Origin: Hormiphora californensis
Lineage: Eukaryota; Animalia; Ctenophora
Direction of reading: 5' to 3'
Assembly: GCA_020137815.1 (NCBI GenBank)
Contig: CM035356.1
Coordinates: forward strand, 6,758,001-6,822,000
DNA: 64,000 nt
The number at the start of each line of letters is the position of its first letter. Position 1 is the stretch's first letter. Shown here piece by piece: positions 24,701 to 36,600 of the stretch. The translations under genes were made by a program, and so were the position numbers. Below the pieces are notes generated by a model. That model saw nothing but the letters and a program-made list of their open reading frames with translations. It did not search any database and was not told the DNA's origin.

Positions 24701-26766
24701 GGAGAGTTACTTACCAATTTGGTTCTCCTTGATGGTAATGGGTGTCCCACAGTTATCAATAATGGGGTGATTGTCATTTGCATCCAACAGCTCTAGTGTT
24801 ATCTGAACATCGTCAGAGAGGGATGGGTCACCTCCATCCGCAACACTGTCGGAGGAAGGGGTGTTAGGGCCGGGGAAGGGAATATGGCGGGGGGGGGGGT
24901 TGAATCTGAATAGGAAAGGAGCATTTAGAGCAAGACATGTAATTGGGACTAACAGCTCACCATTCGGTCTAGACTCTGTCCCGATTATCTTTCATACACA
25001 TCGTCTCATGATGATAACCTTGTTCTCCAACCCCCTGACAACTCACCGGACTATGAGGGTAAATGAGGGATTACTCTCCCTATCCAACACGACTTCATTC
25101 GTCAGCTTCCCTATCTCCCCCGACACGTGACTGTACTCGAACCACTCCGCGTGGTTTCCCAGAACAGAAACAGTTAACTCTGCATTCACTCCCTCATCAG
25201 CATCTGAGGCCTGGACATCACAGACAATACTCCCTACTGGCAGGCCCTCTCTCATTGAGATAGTACTCCCGTGGACTGGGGAGCTTATAACAGGCCTGGA
25301 GAGGGGGAGGGGGTGTAAAATTGAATAATGTAACAAGTGTAACATCCGCTTTATACATGGCCTATAAATCAATTGAATATATTCTGTTCTACCCTGTCCA
25401 CTGAGAGTCATAACTGAAGAAAAAAACCAATGTTTGAGCTCTCACTAAAAACCAAAACTTACTTATTCAGTTATGAGATCTGAGCAAGAATTTGATAGGG
25501 AGTAAAATCGAAAAATGTACTTACTGGTTATCATTGATATCAGTCACGTGCACTATAACAGAAACGCTCTTGCTGCGGGATGGAGTTCCCCTGTCACTGG
25601 CTGTCACAGTAAAACTATAGGTTGCCACTGTCTCCCGGTCTAGGGTCTGTGTCACTACTAGATCACCATTCGCCTGATAGAGGATAAAGATTGGAGAATT
25701 AGAGAATTAGAGAATTTGAGAATTAGAGAAATTGTGTATCTCATTTCTTTACCCAAATAGGGTAGGGCAGCCCTATGATTTATGAATGGGATGAACAATA
25801 TAGCTTTTCCATTTTCTTCGTTAGAAAAGTCACGAAAAAATCACAATATATTTACCTTGATAACAAATGGTAGAGAGGTGTCGGAGAGACTGTAGGAGAC
25901 CTCTCCGTTACTTCCTGAATCTTTATCTGTTGCTCTGATCTCTAGTATTATTGTCTGAGTCCTTGCATCTTCTCTCACATACCCTTCATATGATGTCTTG
26001 TCGAACTCCGGCCTGAATAGTGGAGAGGGTAGCTGTTTTTATAAGACCGACTATCAGAAGGGTATGCCTGTGCGTGAAAGGGTCTATACAAAACGGAGGA
26101 GGTTGTTTTATTTGATAAAATATAATAAGACGCGTTTCCACCTCCCTCTCCTGTTGCCACCTCTTGACATGCCATGATCTAGTATACCTCCACCACCCTC
26201 TCCCGTAAGTTAATGACATGTGTAATTAGTGTGCCCTTCATGATAGTCGGCATGGTTAAACCCTATTGTGTATTTAAAGAAAGGATGTCTAACACCCTCG
26301 GACGAGACATAAATGGCCCCATTGTGATACGTGTTACACAAGACAGCAGTTGGGTGTTTTGGGTGTTACCATAGTAACCATGGCAGCTAGGGAGGGAGCT
26401 TCTCCAGTGTCGCAGTACCATGTGTAGACCATACAACACAGATTGACTTGTAAAATCAGTGAACCATGGTGTCCAAGCTCTCCCCTTTCCCTCTCTCACT
26501 GCCTGTCTCTCTATAAATCTCTCCCCCTCTCTCTCTCTCTCTCCCCCTCCCTCCCCCTCCCTCCCTCTCTCTCCCCCCACTCTCTCCCTCTCTCCCCCAC
26601 TCTATCCCTCCAAAAGAAGGAAGAGGATGAAAGAAGGGGGAATGTAAACAGTGCGTAATAACAGTTTGCATGTTACCCAACAAGCAAAGACTCACAAAGC
26701 CCTCTCTCTCTCCGCCAATATACCTTTACACGTTCAATGTGTAGTATAGTGAAGGTGGACGGTGGG

Positions 26767-26814
<48 letters not shown>

Positions 26815-29482
26815 TGGGAGACAAAGGAATGGGAATGGAGAGCGGTGTTTTAGAAATAAACAGAGGGCGGGAAAAAGTATTTTCAATAGTCAGATTTAAA
26901 AAAACCGTCTTGAAAGGAATGTTGATTGTTGAATGAAGAGGGAATAGCGCCATCGGGTACCCACTGGCCACTACCCTCCCATAATGTACTGAGTAGTGCT
27001 CAGGCCCCACAAACGAGACAGAGAAATAAAAAGTGAAACTAACAAAACTAACACTTACTGGTTGTCATTTTTGTCATTAACAGTTAGAGTTAGGGTCATC
27101 TGAGCGGTGTTATTTGCAATGTCGAATGCAGCTATCACCAGTTCGAACTGCTGATCGCCGGTATCGTAGTCTAGCTTCTGCGGGGAGGGAGGGAGTGGAT
27201 AGGGGAGTCAATCATATGTAGGGAGAGAGTGGAGAGAGTGGGTGAATGAGGGAAGGATTGAGAATCAGGGAGGTAGTGAAATGGGGCCGAGAAGTGAGAA
27301 ACATGGAGAGAGTAAAACATGGAGGGGAGAGATGGGATATCGGAAGCCTGAAGCCTAGGCCCTAGGGGCTCATCTTGAGGGAAGTCGTGAAACCCGGAAA
27401 CAGGCCTAATTGAGCTGTTACTAACTGGATCACCACAATCCACATTCGACCTAATTACAGTTTCCTGCTTCGTGTCATATGAAGTATGAACGTTTGTAGA
27501 CTGGCGCGTTATGAAGTTGGCTGTTCCCAGCGCGAGCTGGGGACAGCCAACTGGAGTTTAATCGCCCGGCAGGGCGATTAAACTGGTTTAAATCCCGACT
27601 CCGATCCCGAGGCGCCAGCCGAGGGTGAGGGGGAGGTGATTTAAACCTATAACGCGATAGGCTAACAAACGTTCATATTTTATGAAACCCGATAGTAATT
27701 ACACACAAATAAGAGACACAACACAAGGTGAAACACACTAGAACTGCTGGTAAATAGTCAACAGATACCCTGAAAATGTGTGTAGACTTAGTGTCTACTG
27801 TTCCTAACATGTTTGAGAAAGAGAGAGAAAGATTAGGGGCAATACACACTGTCAGAGGTAATGAACAGTAAAAGAGACAATGAGAGAGAGAAATGAATGG
27901 AATGTGATTCTTTTCACTCCTTATGAGAGAGATAACATTGAAACGTGTTGCAGACATGTTTCCCCTTTCTTTTGTTGACAGAACTGTGTGTTTACACACA
28001 TTTTCAATACTTAGAATTTTACACCCATGTTATTCAAATGAAGAGAAACGCGTGAAAAAGGACACTGGCCTGATAAATCGCGAGCAGGGTGTTAAATCCC
28101 CCAGCTAGCAGTTATCATGAGCGCGCAAAATCTTCAAACGACTGATAAATCAACTATCGGGTTTCATAAGCATGTACCCCATTTTACCAGGAACCCTGAG
28201 GATCCCGGTAAATTAGGGTCTGAATGTAATCAGCTTATCTTAAACATTCTATTTTCTAAGAGTGTAATTTGTAAATCTCAACTAACTATGATCATTATGG
28301 GCTTGGCTAGCTACTCAACATACTAACTAGTTCTAGTTTCGTACTATGTACCATCTTCATCTGATTGAGGCTGAAACCTGATACCAATTAAACACACCTC
28401 ACCCTCTAAATAGTTCTCTGATGTAGAGCCACTCAAACAGGCTTATGAGTAGGTGTGCAAGCAGTTCGATGGGGGGGGGGGGGTAATTAGTGGAAGAGTG
28501 AAATAGTGAGCAGGGAAAATAACAGGTGAGTACTGGGATCTGAAACTAATGAGTTATTGAAACACGGTACCACCACTAACAATGTGTATCATGCGGTAAG
28601 AGCCCATCCCAAAATAGTTTGTGAAGGGGAGGGGTGAGAAAGCAAATATTACGGAAAAGAGATCGGCTACAAAGGAATAATTTAGAGGTGAAGTTACCCC
28701 TCAAAAACCGTCCCCACCAATTTCAAAACCTCCCCTATACATGCATGTTTAGAGATATACATACCCTGTTAATTATTAGGCTGAGTGGCAGAGAGCCTGC
28801 AGACCAAGTCCCCGCTTCCAAGGAAAATGTATCTGATGTCTGATCCAGGAGTTGATACCGATTCACACTGTACTGCTCACTATCATCATCCCGTGCAGGC
28901 GATAAAAACAGGGTCGTCGGAACTGAATTCTCCTCATCGATTGATTGAGACTGATTCGGTTGGTCAAATACGGGAGAATTATCATTGATGTCAGTGACCG
29001 TTATTTCAATGTCGACCACTCGTTGGTAGGGGGCAGTAGATAGGGTGCATTTTAGTTGACCGCTATAATAATCCACTGTTTCTCTGTCTAACAGACTTGA
29101 TACGATCAGGCTGGACCCGTCAAGGGAACAGCAACCATCCAAATCCTGGGGGGTTAAAGATGTTAGTCGCACTGCCCGAGCCTGTTTTCAAACAGGTTCA
29201 AAAACAAAACAAGATATCAGATATTAGAGCACTGTAAACCAAGTTAAATAAGTTTTCAACTAATATGTTGTCAGTGACAATGTACAATAATCACTGCACA
29301 AGATTTAAAAACAACACAGTGACGTCACTAACCGTGAGATTGTACTTGGTACATGAAAATTCATCTCCAAGATCTGCTATTACGGTGTTTACTTGGGATC
29401 CCTCGGGAACATTGTAGGATCTCGATTCACAGTGTGTTAAAAGGATTAGTAACTGGAACAAGAATACATGGTACAGGTCCAT
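8348..29482 (-). CDS. DCHS: Dachsous-like atypical cadherin: signal peptide, ~9 EC repeats, TM, cytoplasmic tail
   Basis: Exons 29482-29333, 29145-28765, 27177-27059, 26012-25856, 25673-25525, 25295-25047, 24845-24715, 24621-24503, 23828-23642, 22887-22752, 20002-19834, 19258-19165, 19073-~18616, [one short exon probably lost in the garbled block], 17229-17147, 16161-16059, 13477-13347, 12924-12766 (TM), 12475-12377, 12226-12073, 11313-11233, 8954-8865, ~8737-8348. LDRE/DxNDN/ATDxD cadherin motifs recur. The last EC (VSGVNEFPPEF..YNF..ATDKDAGNDGLLQY..RRRRR) and the tail motif DYLEGWKPAFQSVGVVCEDL resemble Dachsous. The phase of the last junction is unresolved. Confidence 0.8.
8989..9125. repeat. 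Degenerate ~13-14-bp tandem repeat (tgtgagacatgaac) in an intron near an acceptor
   Basis: Repeated ctgtgagacatgaa / ccgtggacatga units upstream of the 8954 acceptor on the minus strand. Confidence 0.6.
9130..10640. other. Homopolymer-inflated block, probable low-quality consensus (cadherin intron)
   Basis: Dense long runs of G/C/A/T, unlike the flanking sequence. Confidence 0.7.
11631..11974. mobile_element. Possible degenerate MITE with internal TTAGG-like repeats
   Basis: aatgcagg.c (11631) pairs with gcctgcatt (11966-11974). An internal ttaggtttag-like array lies at 11800-11865. Confidence 0.3.
12466..12690 (-). repeat. 30-bp minisatellite spanning a cadherin splice acceptor
   Basis: Minus-strand unit ACAGTGACACCCATAATTTCCATTGCACAG x6 plus one 24-bp variant. 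Each unit ends in CAG followed by the exon-start codons for TVTP. Confidence 0.9.
13916..14917 (+). CDS. Intronless divergent 7TM/GPCR-like protein nested antisense in a cadherin intron
   Basis: 333-aa ORF with about seven hydrophobic segments. The TM3 end LLSIYFFRFQCIVRP resembles the DRY..I..P region. It lies between cadherin exons 16161-16059 and 13477-13347. An acceptor-like ttgcag sits ~11 nt before the ATG. Confidence 0.75.
   Translation: MDNNFATMSDPDQTPTGSTFAREALKPLTITMCVLGLISSILLVVTIFARCRRWTNLPFTSTLYLHICTLNIIQCLNILFLIPIWNTFGTAKNSPVYIVIGNVTAIARPALLLSIYFFRFQCIVRPSSIFTRGEAERHRLKTLIWCIWAGAVVVSVVNRLCYVTLRGRKIDYAKLFTVTLTLTLQTSIIVVSVAMVTYLSVLYRKFSRNQSEVTPLLDGSGSAALLENITLTLRIVCSTLLVDLICFSYATLLNIQIAIYSVNGDVFPVLFRQLFRWLGSQLVMYNLMFELHGAVYAVLISWVLILVQASMRQALWGVVKRVAGRFCGTDDEE
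14849..15115 (+). repeat. 69-bp tandem repeat covering the last 22 codons and stop of the nested 7TM gene
   Basis: Units start at 14849, 14918, 14987 and 15056 (last one partial). The three full units encode RQALWGVVKRVAGRFCGxDDEE-stop. Confidence 0.9.
15290..15460. mobile_element. Short, degenerate piggyBac-like non-autonomous element related to the 33.7-36.2 kb element
   Basis: Left end TTAACCCTTTGAGG..GATTGGCT..ATTTT(T)CTAATTTTT resembles the start at 33735. Right end GTCATATATGACC..TTAA resembles 36190-36221. Confidence 0.5.
17044..17135. repeat. Fragment of a short interspersed repeat (aggaaccgaccgaatcagg...ctgattggctgataaccagtcacgtgacc)
   Basis: Recalled as an abundant Pleurobrachia-type repeat (not verified). 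A garbled partial second copy lies near 17730. Confidence 0.45.
17400..18600. other. Homopolymer-inflated block, probable low-quality consensus; likely hides a small cadherin exon
   Basis: The flanking exon phases (0 vs 2) do not match and the V.E motif of the last EC is missing. Confidence 0.7.
19736..19804. mobile_element. Degenerate copy of CAGTCGGACCCCGATTTACCGGG MITE family
   Basis: cagtcgaaccccgatttactggg ... gccgattg, followed by TA. Confidence 0.55.
20120..20810 (-). mobile_element. Possible decayed retroelement remnant (Penelope-like GIY-YIG C-terminus)
   Basis: Broken minus-strand peptide YPIN....CILQ...LVESFYLNHFRSSNPGQSRSTSITLL resembles the IL....ES..I....LN.Q..S..L end of Penelope endonucleases. 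Stops and frameshifts are present. Confidence 0.25.
21036..21110. mobile_element. Tc1/mariner-type mini-MITE (CAGT...CTG ends, TA TSD)
   Basis: TA|cagttggaccccgatttaccggg ... cccggtaaatcggggtccggctg|TA. Confidence 0.8.
27485..27677. other. Four-way-junction (cloverleaf) palindromic element
   Basis: An outer stem (27485-27512/27649-27677) encloses three hairpins: 27515-27552 (GCGA loop), 27555-27584 (perfect 13 bp, GGCA loop) and 27585-27647. Confidence 0.7.
27680..28169. mobile_element. MITE-like segment with 17-bp TIR
   Basis: TTATGAAACCCGATAGT (27680-27696) pairs with ACTATCGGGTTTCATAA (28153-28169). Confidence 0.6.
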
Positions 29483-29554
29483 GAACTATTGAATGATGGT
29501 TAGTTTAGTTGAAATCAAAATAATATTTTGTTATAGTACAACAAATACAACCGG

Positions 29555-29779
29555 ACTTTTCAACACTAAACAAATTAATTTGAGGTGATCCTGATGATGC
29601 TCCATGGTTAAATTCATCCCTACAATAATTGTCCCAAAGACTTCTGTCAACGGAAAAATTTTTCAGTTGACAGAAGTCTTTGGGACAATATATTATTGTA
29701 CTTAGTAGGGATGAATTTGATCAACAGTTTCATCGAGCATAATCAGGATCAGCTCAAATTAATTTGTTTAGTCTTTGAA
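29555..29779. other. Spacerless fold-back element with spliced-leader-like termini
   Basis: Arms pair around the centre GAAAAA|TTTTTC (29658/29659). Both outer ends read ...ACTAAACAAATTAATTTGAG inward, matching the ctenophore SL 3' end as recalled. Confidence 0.6.
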
Positions 29780-30350
29780 CAATGAACAGCCGAGGAGAAG
29801 TCGCCGAAGAGAGAAACCATATTTAGAGTTGATCGTACAATGAGTCCCATACCAACACAGCAGGCTATCTTAACGGCTAACGACTCTCTGGCTGAGAGTT
29901 TCTGCGCTCAAAAGCGGTGGTCGGTGGAGTGTTTGTGCAAAGCTCAAATTAAAAAGCAGTGAAATCAAAGCAACTGAGAAGTGAGACACCACTATTTCAA
30001 TCTTCAGAATAGTCAACCTGAGCATTAACAAATAACAACAACAAGAAAAAAAAATCAGAATTCAGATCTTGTTTTCCCTTCTTTTTTAATTTAAACCAAC
30101 AAAGGGGTCTCAGATATCAAAACGCACATCTGCACGATTGGTCACAGAGTGAGTTTGAGCCTACAAAATGGTGCATCAAGTGTCACGAGCTCCGACGTAG
30201 TCATAAGACAACGTGGAACTCTCGGACCTCGGTCGGATCTTGTTTGGATCTCGTCGGGCGCGATTATAATCTGGGTGCCTTGCAGCGTGTTTACAGGTGC
30301 GCGCTGCCAAAAAAGTACACCTAAAACCACTTAGACCGACTTTTTTCAAA

Positions 30351-30584
30351 CGGCTATAAAGTCGGATTTTTTGAAACTGTCACCCCCCTGAGTTTTCAAA
30401 TTTCTTTAAATGACCATAAGTCCGGTTCCTGATGAGATAGAGACTTGAAATTTGGAGGTTATAAAGATCTTGCTAAGTTCTTCCGAACCTCCAAATTTCA
30501 AATCTCTATCTTATCAGGAACCGGAGATATGACCAATTTGTTATTTCAGGGGGGTGACAGTTTCAAAAAATCAGACTTTAGCCG
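30351..30584. mobile_element. Palindromic MITE (~235 bp)
   Basis: cggcta(t)aaagtcggattttttgaaactgtcacccccctga pairs with tcaggggggtgacagtttcaaaaaatcagactttagccg. An inner IR runs ccggttcctgat..gagacttgaaatttggaggtt. A related fragment lies near 6272-6296. Confidence 0.75.
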
Positions 30585-30930
30585 CGGAACCACATGGCCG
30601 ATTTGAGTAAACTAAACGGTATCTGATAGAGAATCGATAGCCCTAACCGATAACCCCAAACGAAACCCTAACCCGACCCTAACAACAGCCCTAACCCGTC
30701 TCGACCGCCAAATTCGATGAATTGTTAGCAATGGAAGGCACCCAGATTTTAACGTTTTCCGATCTCGTCGCGTTGGCGGATCGAAATGAAAATCTGAAAA
30801 ACGCGCGCGTGTGATAAAGAGAATAAAAACGCGCGGCTCCTTATGGCAGAGGTAAAAACTTTTTACTGCGGTAGCGCGTATCAACATTCTAGTTTGTCTG
30901 TCGCGCGCTACGTACAGGGAATTGTACGGA

Positions 30931-31855
<925 letters not shown>

Positions 31856-33098
31856 GAGAACAGTGCCTGTGTGTAAGACCCCCCTGCTGGGATCCCCCTT
31901 TCACCGTTGGACTGAGCACCGGGTTGGCTAGATCGGACATTGCGTTGTACTGCTCACACGGGTATATTGAGGTGACTGTGAGCGAATAATGAAATATGCA
32001 AGTGTGGTTTTTAGTATATTTTAATTAACTAATACGACAAGAAATATAATGTGGGGTAAATAAATAAGTACCGAAGCAGTACACAAAACAGCTCACTAGA
32101 GATCTAAAAGTCCAAATAGGAGAAGTGAATCCACAAAGCGAGATCCGAAAGAAGTGAGTTCACAAAGCAAGCTCCAAAGAAGTGAGGGCGATCCTCCTCG
32201 TGCAGTCCAGTATTAGTACTCAGATAATTGGTACCACTAAGTCCCCTGACATGATACACCGCCAGCCACCAACCTCTTCTTGTAATTTGGTTTTAATCAT
32301 ACGGCAGTGATCTCTGACGCAGGAACAGGGAACTGGCAAATCTCTCCAACTATCCTCTAAGGTTGTAGAGTCAATTTGTACAGACAACCATCTCAGTAAC
32401 TTCAGCACGAGCATCCCCATAATTCTGGTAATTCAGGAACTCCTCTTGAAAGATATGAACTCCTCTAGAAAGCTAGGGCCGGTACTTAAAACACGATTAC
32501 CTAGTCACATCATACAACAATACTACTGTGGGACATATCCCCACATATGATGATGAAGTCCTATATCCGTGCACCAGTGCATGGAACCAATTAATATCCA
32601 TTACGACTAATGGATGAAGTGTGTGGCCATGAATGTAAATTATGATATATATATATATATTCCCGAAAACATATTTATGCCCATAATTAATCAGGGGGCA
32701 CATATAAGTGACCCCGCATGTGTCATGATCAGTATATTTTAATTCAATGGATATTCAAAGACTGATAAGTTGATGAGATTATCGTGTGGTGTTTCTCAGA
32801 CACATGTTATTATTGGTTTATTATAGTGTATCAGGTTCACCACTAGCTGATGACGCTTTCTCAAGATCACAAGTTGTGATTCACAGCAGATGGATGGTAA
32901 AAGGCAGAGAGTTGTATAACAGTCGGCAGCTAGTTCTCATGTTTCTGCTTTGATCGTCACAGTAACTATATCATTGTTTTTCTCTTTCATTTCATTTCAC
33001 AGCCAATAGACCAGATTTTGAAAGGGTAAGTCACAGTAACTTGTATCTGGTCCAGAGTGAGAGAGGACCGAATTAGATCTAGAGAACCAGAGAGGAAG

Positions 33099-33137
33099 AC
33101 AGTCTGCCACTCTTTCCTGGAAAGAGTGGCAGACTGT
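33099..33137. repeat. Perfect 39-bp palindrome with CAGT...ACTG ends
   Basis: acagtctgccactctttcc-t-ggaaagagtggcagactgt. Confidence 0.85.
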
Positions 33138-33524
33138 ATTCCATGCTCTGCCACTTTTTTCGTGCTCTTGTTAAGTATGCGATTGCGACATTTGATCCCT
33201 TAAGTAAGTAAAACATGTGTACTGTGAATTCGGATACTGATACATGCAGTAGCTGTGCATTGTACCGCAATATAAATATATTTTAGTAATAATAGTAACT
33301 GTAAGACCTGTCAAATTTCTGTCTTTCGATGCTCACGAAATTTGTGCTACACTATTTCCATATTGGTCATTGAATTGTTTCACCGCTTTTTCGATTTGCA
33401 ATGTTATTGTTTATAAAATTAAAATCCAAGTTAAATCGCTTCAAAACAGCTGTGAAAAAGTTTAATATTGTGGTATGTGTAGTACTATTCAAAATGATAT
33501 TTAATAGTCATTAGTCAGACTATG

Positions 33525-33607
33525 CAGTCGAACCCCGATTTACCGGGGTGCCAGAGGAAGGCTTTTGCCCGGTAAATCGTGGTGGCCAGTAAACCTGGGT
33601 CCGACTA
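33525..33607. mobile_element. Copy of CAGTCGGACCCCGATTTACCGGG mini-MITE
   Basis: cagtcgaaccccgatttaccggg ... cccggtaaatcg ... gggtccgact. Confidence 0.7.
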
Positions 33608-33629
33608 TATATTTAAGTTCTTTCAGGTA

Positions 33630-36600
33630 ATGCCAGAGGAAGGGGAATCCTGTAAAGATACTGGTTTGATCATCCAAAACAAATCCGCTGCAGATAATCA
33701 TGAGGCACCATCGGTCAGGTAAAACGTTAAAATTTTAACCCTTTAAGGACGAGAAGGATTGGCTCGATAGATTTTTCTAATTTTTCGTTTATAAGTAGAT
33801 ATTATTACCACAAACTACCTCGAAAAAGAAATTTGAAGTTTCGACATGTAGTTTTTGCTGGGCCCACTGTGTCATATATGACTCTATCGTCCGTAAGGGA
33901 ATTCTAGTAACAAATGTCATTTGTGCAAAAGTATGGGTCCAATAGTCAAATTTTATGCTTTGAGGCAGTCTATAGCTATAATTTGTACAATCTTGAACGG
34001 TTTTTACTAGAAAAATACCCCAAATTCTACATTTTGTATCATATATGACTCTATCGTCCCAATTGGTAAATTCTCCAAAAACATCCATAACTCGGGCTAG
34101 AAAAGGAGCTAAGAGTCAAATCAGGGCACTAAACTGTGTAGAATCATCGCATTAGTGGGGGTAGAGCACATAATTAGCTCGCTATCTTGCCCCCTAATTG
34201 AGATAATTGGATAATTAGCCAATTATCTGTCCAGCGCATGCTAATAAATAAAACTTTGCTTTGGGAAGGAGTTATGAGGCAAATGGGGGCACTAAAATGT
34301 GTAGAATCATCACATTAGTGGGGTTAGAGCACATATTTAGGTCTCTATCTGGACCCCTAATTGAGATAATTGGATAATTAGCTAATTAGTTGCCCTCCAG
34401 CGCTAAAAAATTAAATTTGGCGGAGTATACAAGACAAATGGGGGCACTAAAATGTGTAAAATCGTCGCCTTAGTGGGGGCAGAGCACATAGCTGAGTTTC
34501 TATTCCCGCTCCTAATTGAGATAATTGGATAATTAGCTAATTGACGGTTGCATAAAGCCCCCTTTTCACCATATACCGTGGTTTCTGGCTAATCCTGAGC
34601 TCTTTTGTTCAATCTAAGGATCTTTTGGCATCCCTTTACCCCATTTGTATCACCTTTGACTCGTTTTACTCAATAATATAGCACTCTAGATACAACCCTA
34701 GACGACGACTTCAGCTCTGTACAACCCCCTTGCTTCATCCTACTCCTAGCTAGACCTCTCATACACCATAAACGCCTTCTACAGATCATCTTTATTTCCG
34801 ATGGAGTTCACGAGAAGTTTCCTTAGTGGCAAATGAGATTGTGAGAGTGATGAGGAGAAATAATGTAGGGGGAATCTAAACTGTGTGTCCAATAATAAAA
34901 TGGGAAACTGTAGTACATTAGGGGTTGAACGTCTTGTAGGAGCAATAGGATATCCCAAAAAAAATCGGCCAGGAAGGTGTATGGATCTCGAAATTATGAG
35001 AGGTCTAGGATTAAGCAAGAGGGTTCTAAAGAGCTGAAGGCGGTGTCTAGGGTTGTATAGAGTGCTATATTAGTGTGTAAAACGAGTCAAAGGTGATACA
35101 AATGGGTAAAGGGATGCTAGAAGGGCCTTAGATTGAACAAAAGAGCTCAGGATTAGCCAGAAACCACGGTTTATGGTGAAAAGGGGCATTATGCAACCGC
35201 CAATTAGCTAATTATCCAATTATTTCAATTAGGAGCGGGAATAGAAACTCAGCTATGTGCTCTGCCTCTACTAAGGCGACGATTTTACACATTTTAGTAC
35301 CCCCATTTGTCTTGTATACTCCGCCAAATTTAATTTTTTAGCGCTGGAGGGCAACTAATTAGCTAATTATCCAATTATCTCAATTAGGGGTCCAGATAGA
35401 GACCTAAATATGTGCTCTAACCCCACTAATGTGATGATTCTACACATTTTAGTGCCCCCATTTGCCTCATAACTCCTTCCCAAAGCAAAGTTTCATTTAT
35501 TAGCATGCGCGGGACAGATAATTGGCTAATTATCCAATTATCTCAATTAGGGGGCAAGATAGCGAGCTAATTATGTGCTCTACCCCCACTAATGCGATGA
35601 TTCTACACAGTTTAGTGCCCTGATTTGACTCTTAGCTCCTTTTCTAGCCCGAGTTATGGATGTTTTTGGAGAATTTACCAATTGGGACGATAGAGTCATA
35701 TATGATACAAAATGTAGAATTTGGGGTATTTTTCTAGTAAAAACCGTTCAAGATTGTACAAATTATAGCTATAGACTGCCTCAAAGCATAAAATTTGACT
35801 ATTGGACCCATACTTTTGCACAAATGACATTTGTTACTAGAATTCCCTTACGGACGATAGAGTCATATATGATACAACGACTAAAACATTAATAACTCAT
35901 TCAATTTTCAATATTTTTTGATGCGGTTTTTTTGCATTCGATTTGTTATGTCAAGTAGTTTTATTCCTTCAAAGGATTATTTGTGCCCCTCAAAAACAAA
36001 AATTTGAGAGGGGTTTTTAAAAAAAGGCCTAAACTAGCCTCCCGAGAAGGGCCATAAAAAAATTTCTTCGATTTTCCGAGCAGATTTGGACGTGGTTTTG
36101 GGTTCAAAATCCCTAAAACTAGCTTGTGACAAAAAATTAGCCACCTAGACATCATGTAGCGCCTTCCAGACGGTCTAGAATGGACCGTGTCATATATGAC
36201 CTATCGCCCTCAAAGGTTTAATTACAGTCGGACCCCGATTTAGGGCCCCCCGATTTAGTGGCACCCCGATTTAGGGACAGGATTTTTTCCCCCGATATAG
36301 GAAATTAACCTTATTTGACCCCGATTTAGTGGACACCCCGATTTAGTGGACACGAGCCTTTCCCCCGAGGGTGTCCCTAAATCGGGGTCCGACTGTATTA
36401 AAATATTAAAATTAAATTAAAATTATAAAGCATGAAGCTTGGTCCGCGTTAGACGTCATGTTCTAACCCTCCTTTATATTTGTCGAGCAAGCTACCTGCT
36501 ACAAGTCCGCGTAGAATGTTCCTAATTCCACCTTCCTCATTCTATAATGTATGTCTGGCTGCAACTCGATCTGAGCGCATTGTTTTTCAAAATCAAAACG

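Noticed and set aside
26726-26770. Candidate cadherin exon after the (CT)n tract
   Set aside because: It hits an in-frame stop, and exon 27177-27059 joins 26012 cleanly (NDNQPEF).
32220-32703. Short ORFs between the microsatellite and the OATP gene
   Set aside because: No recognisable motif or consistent splice structure.
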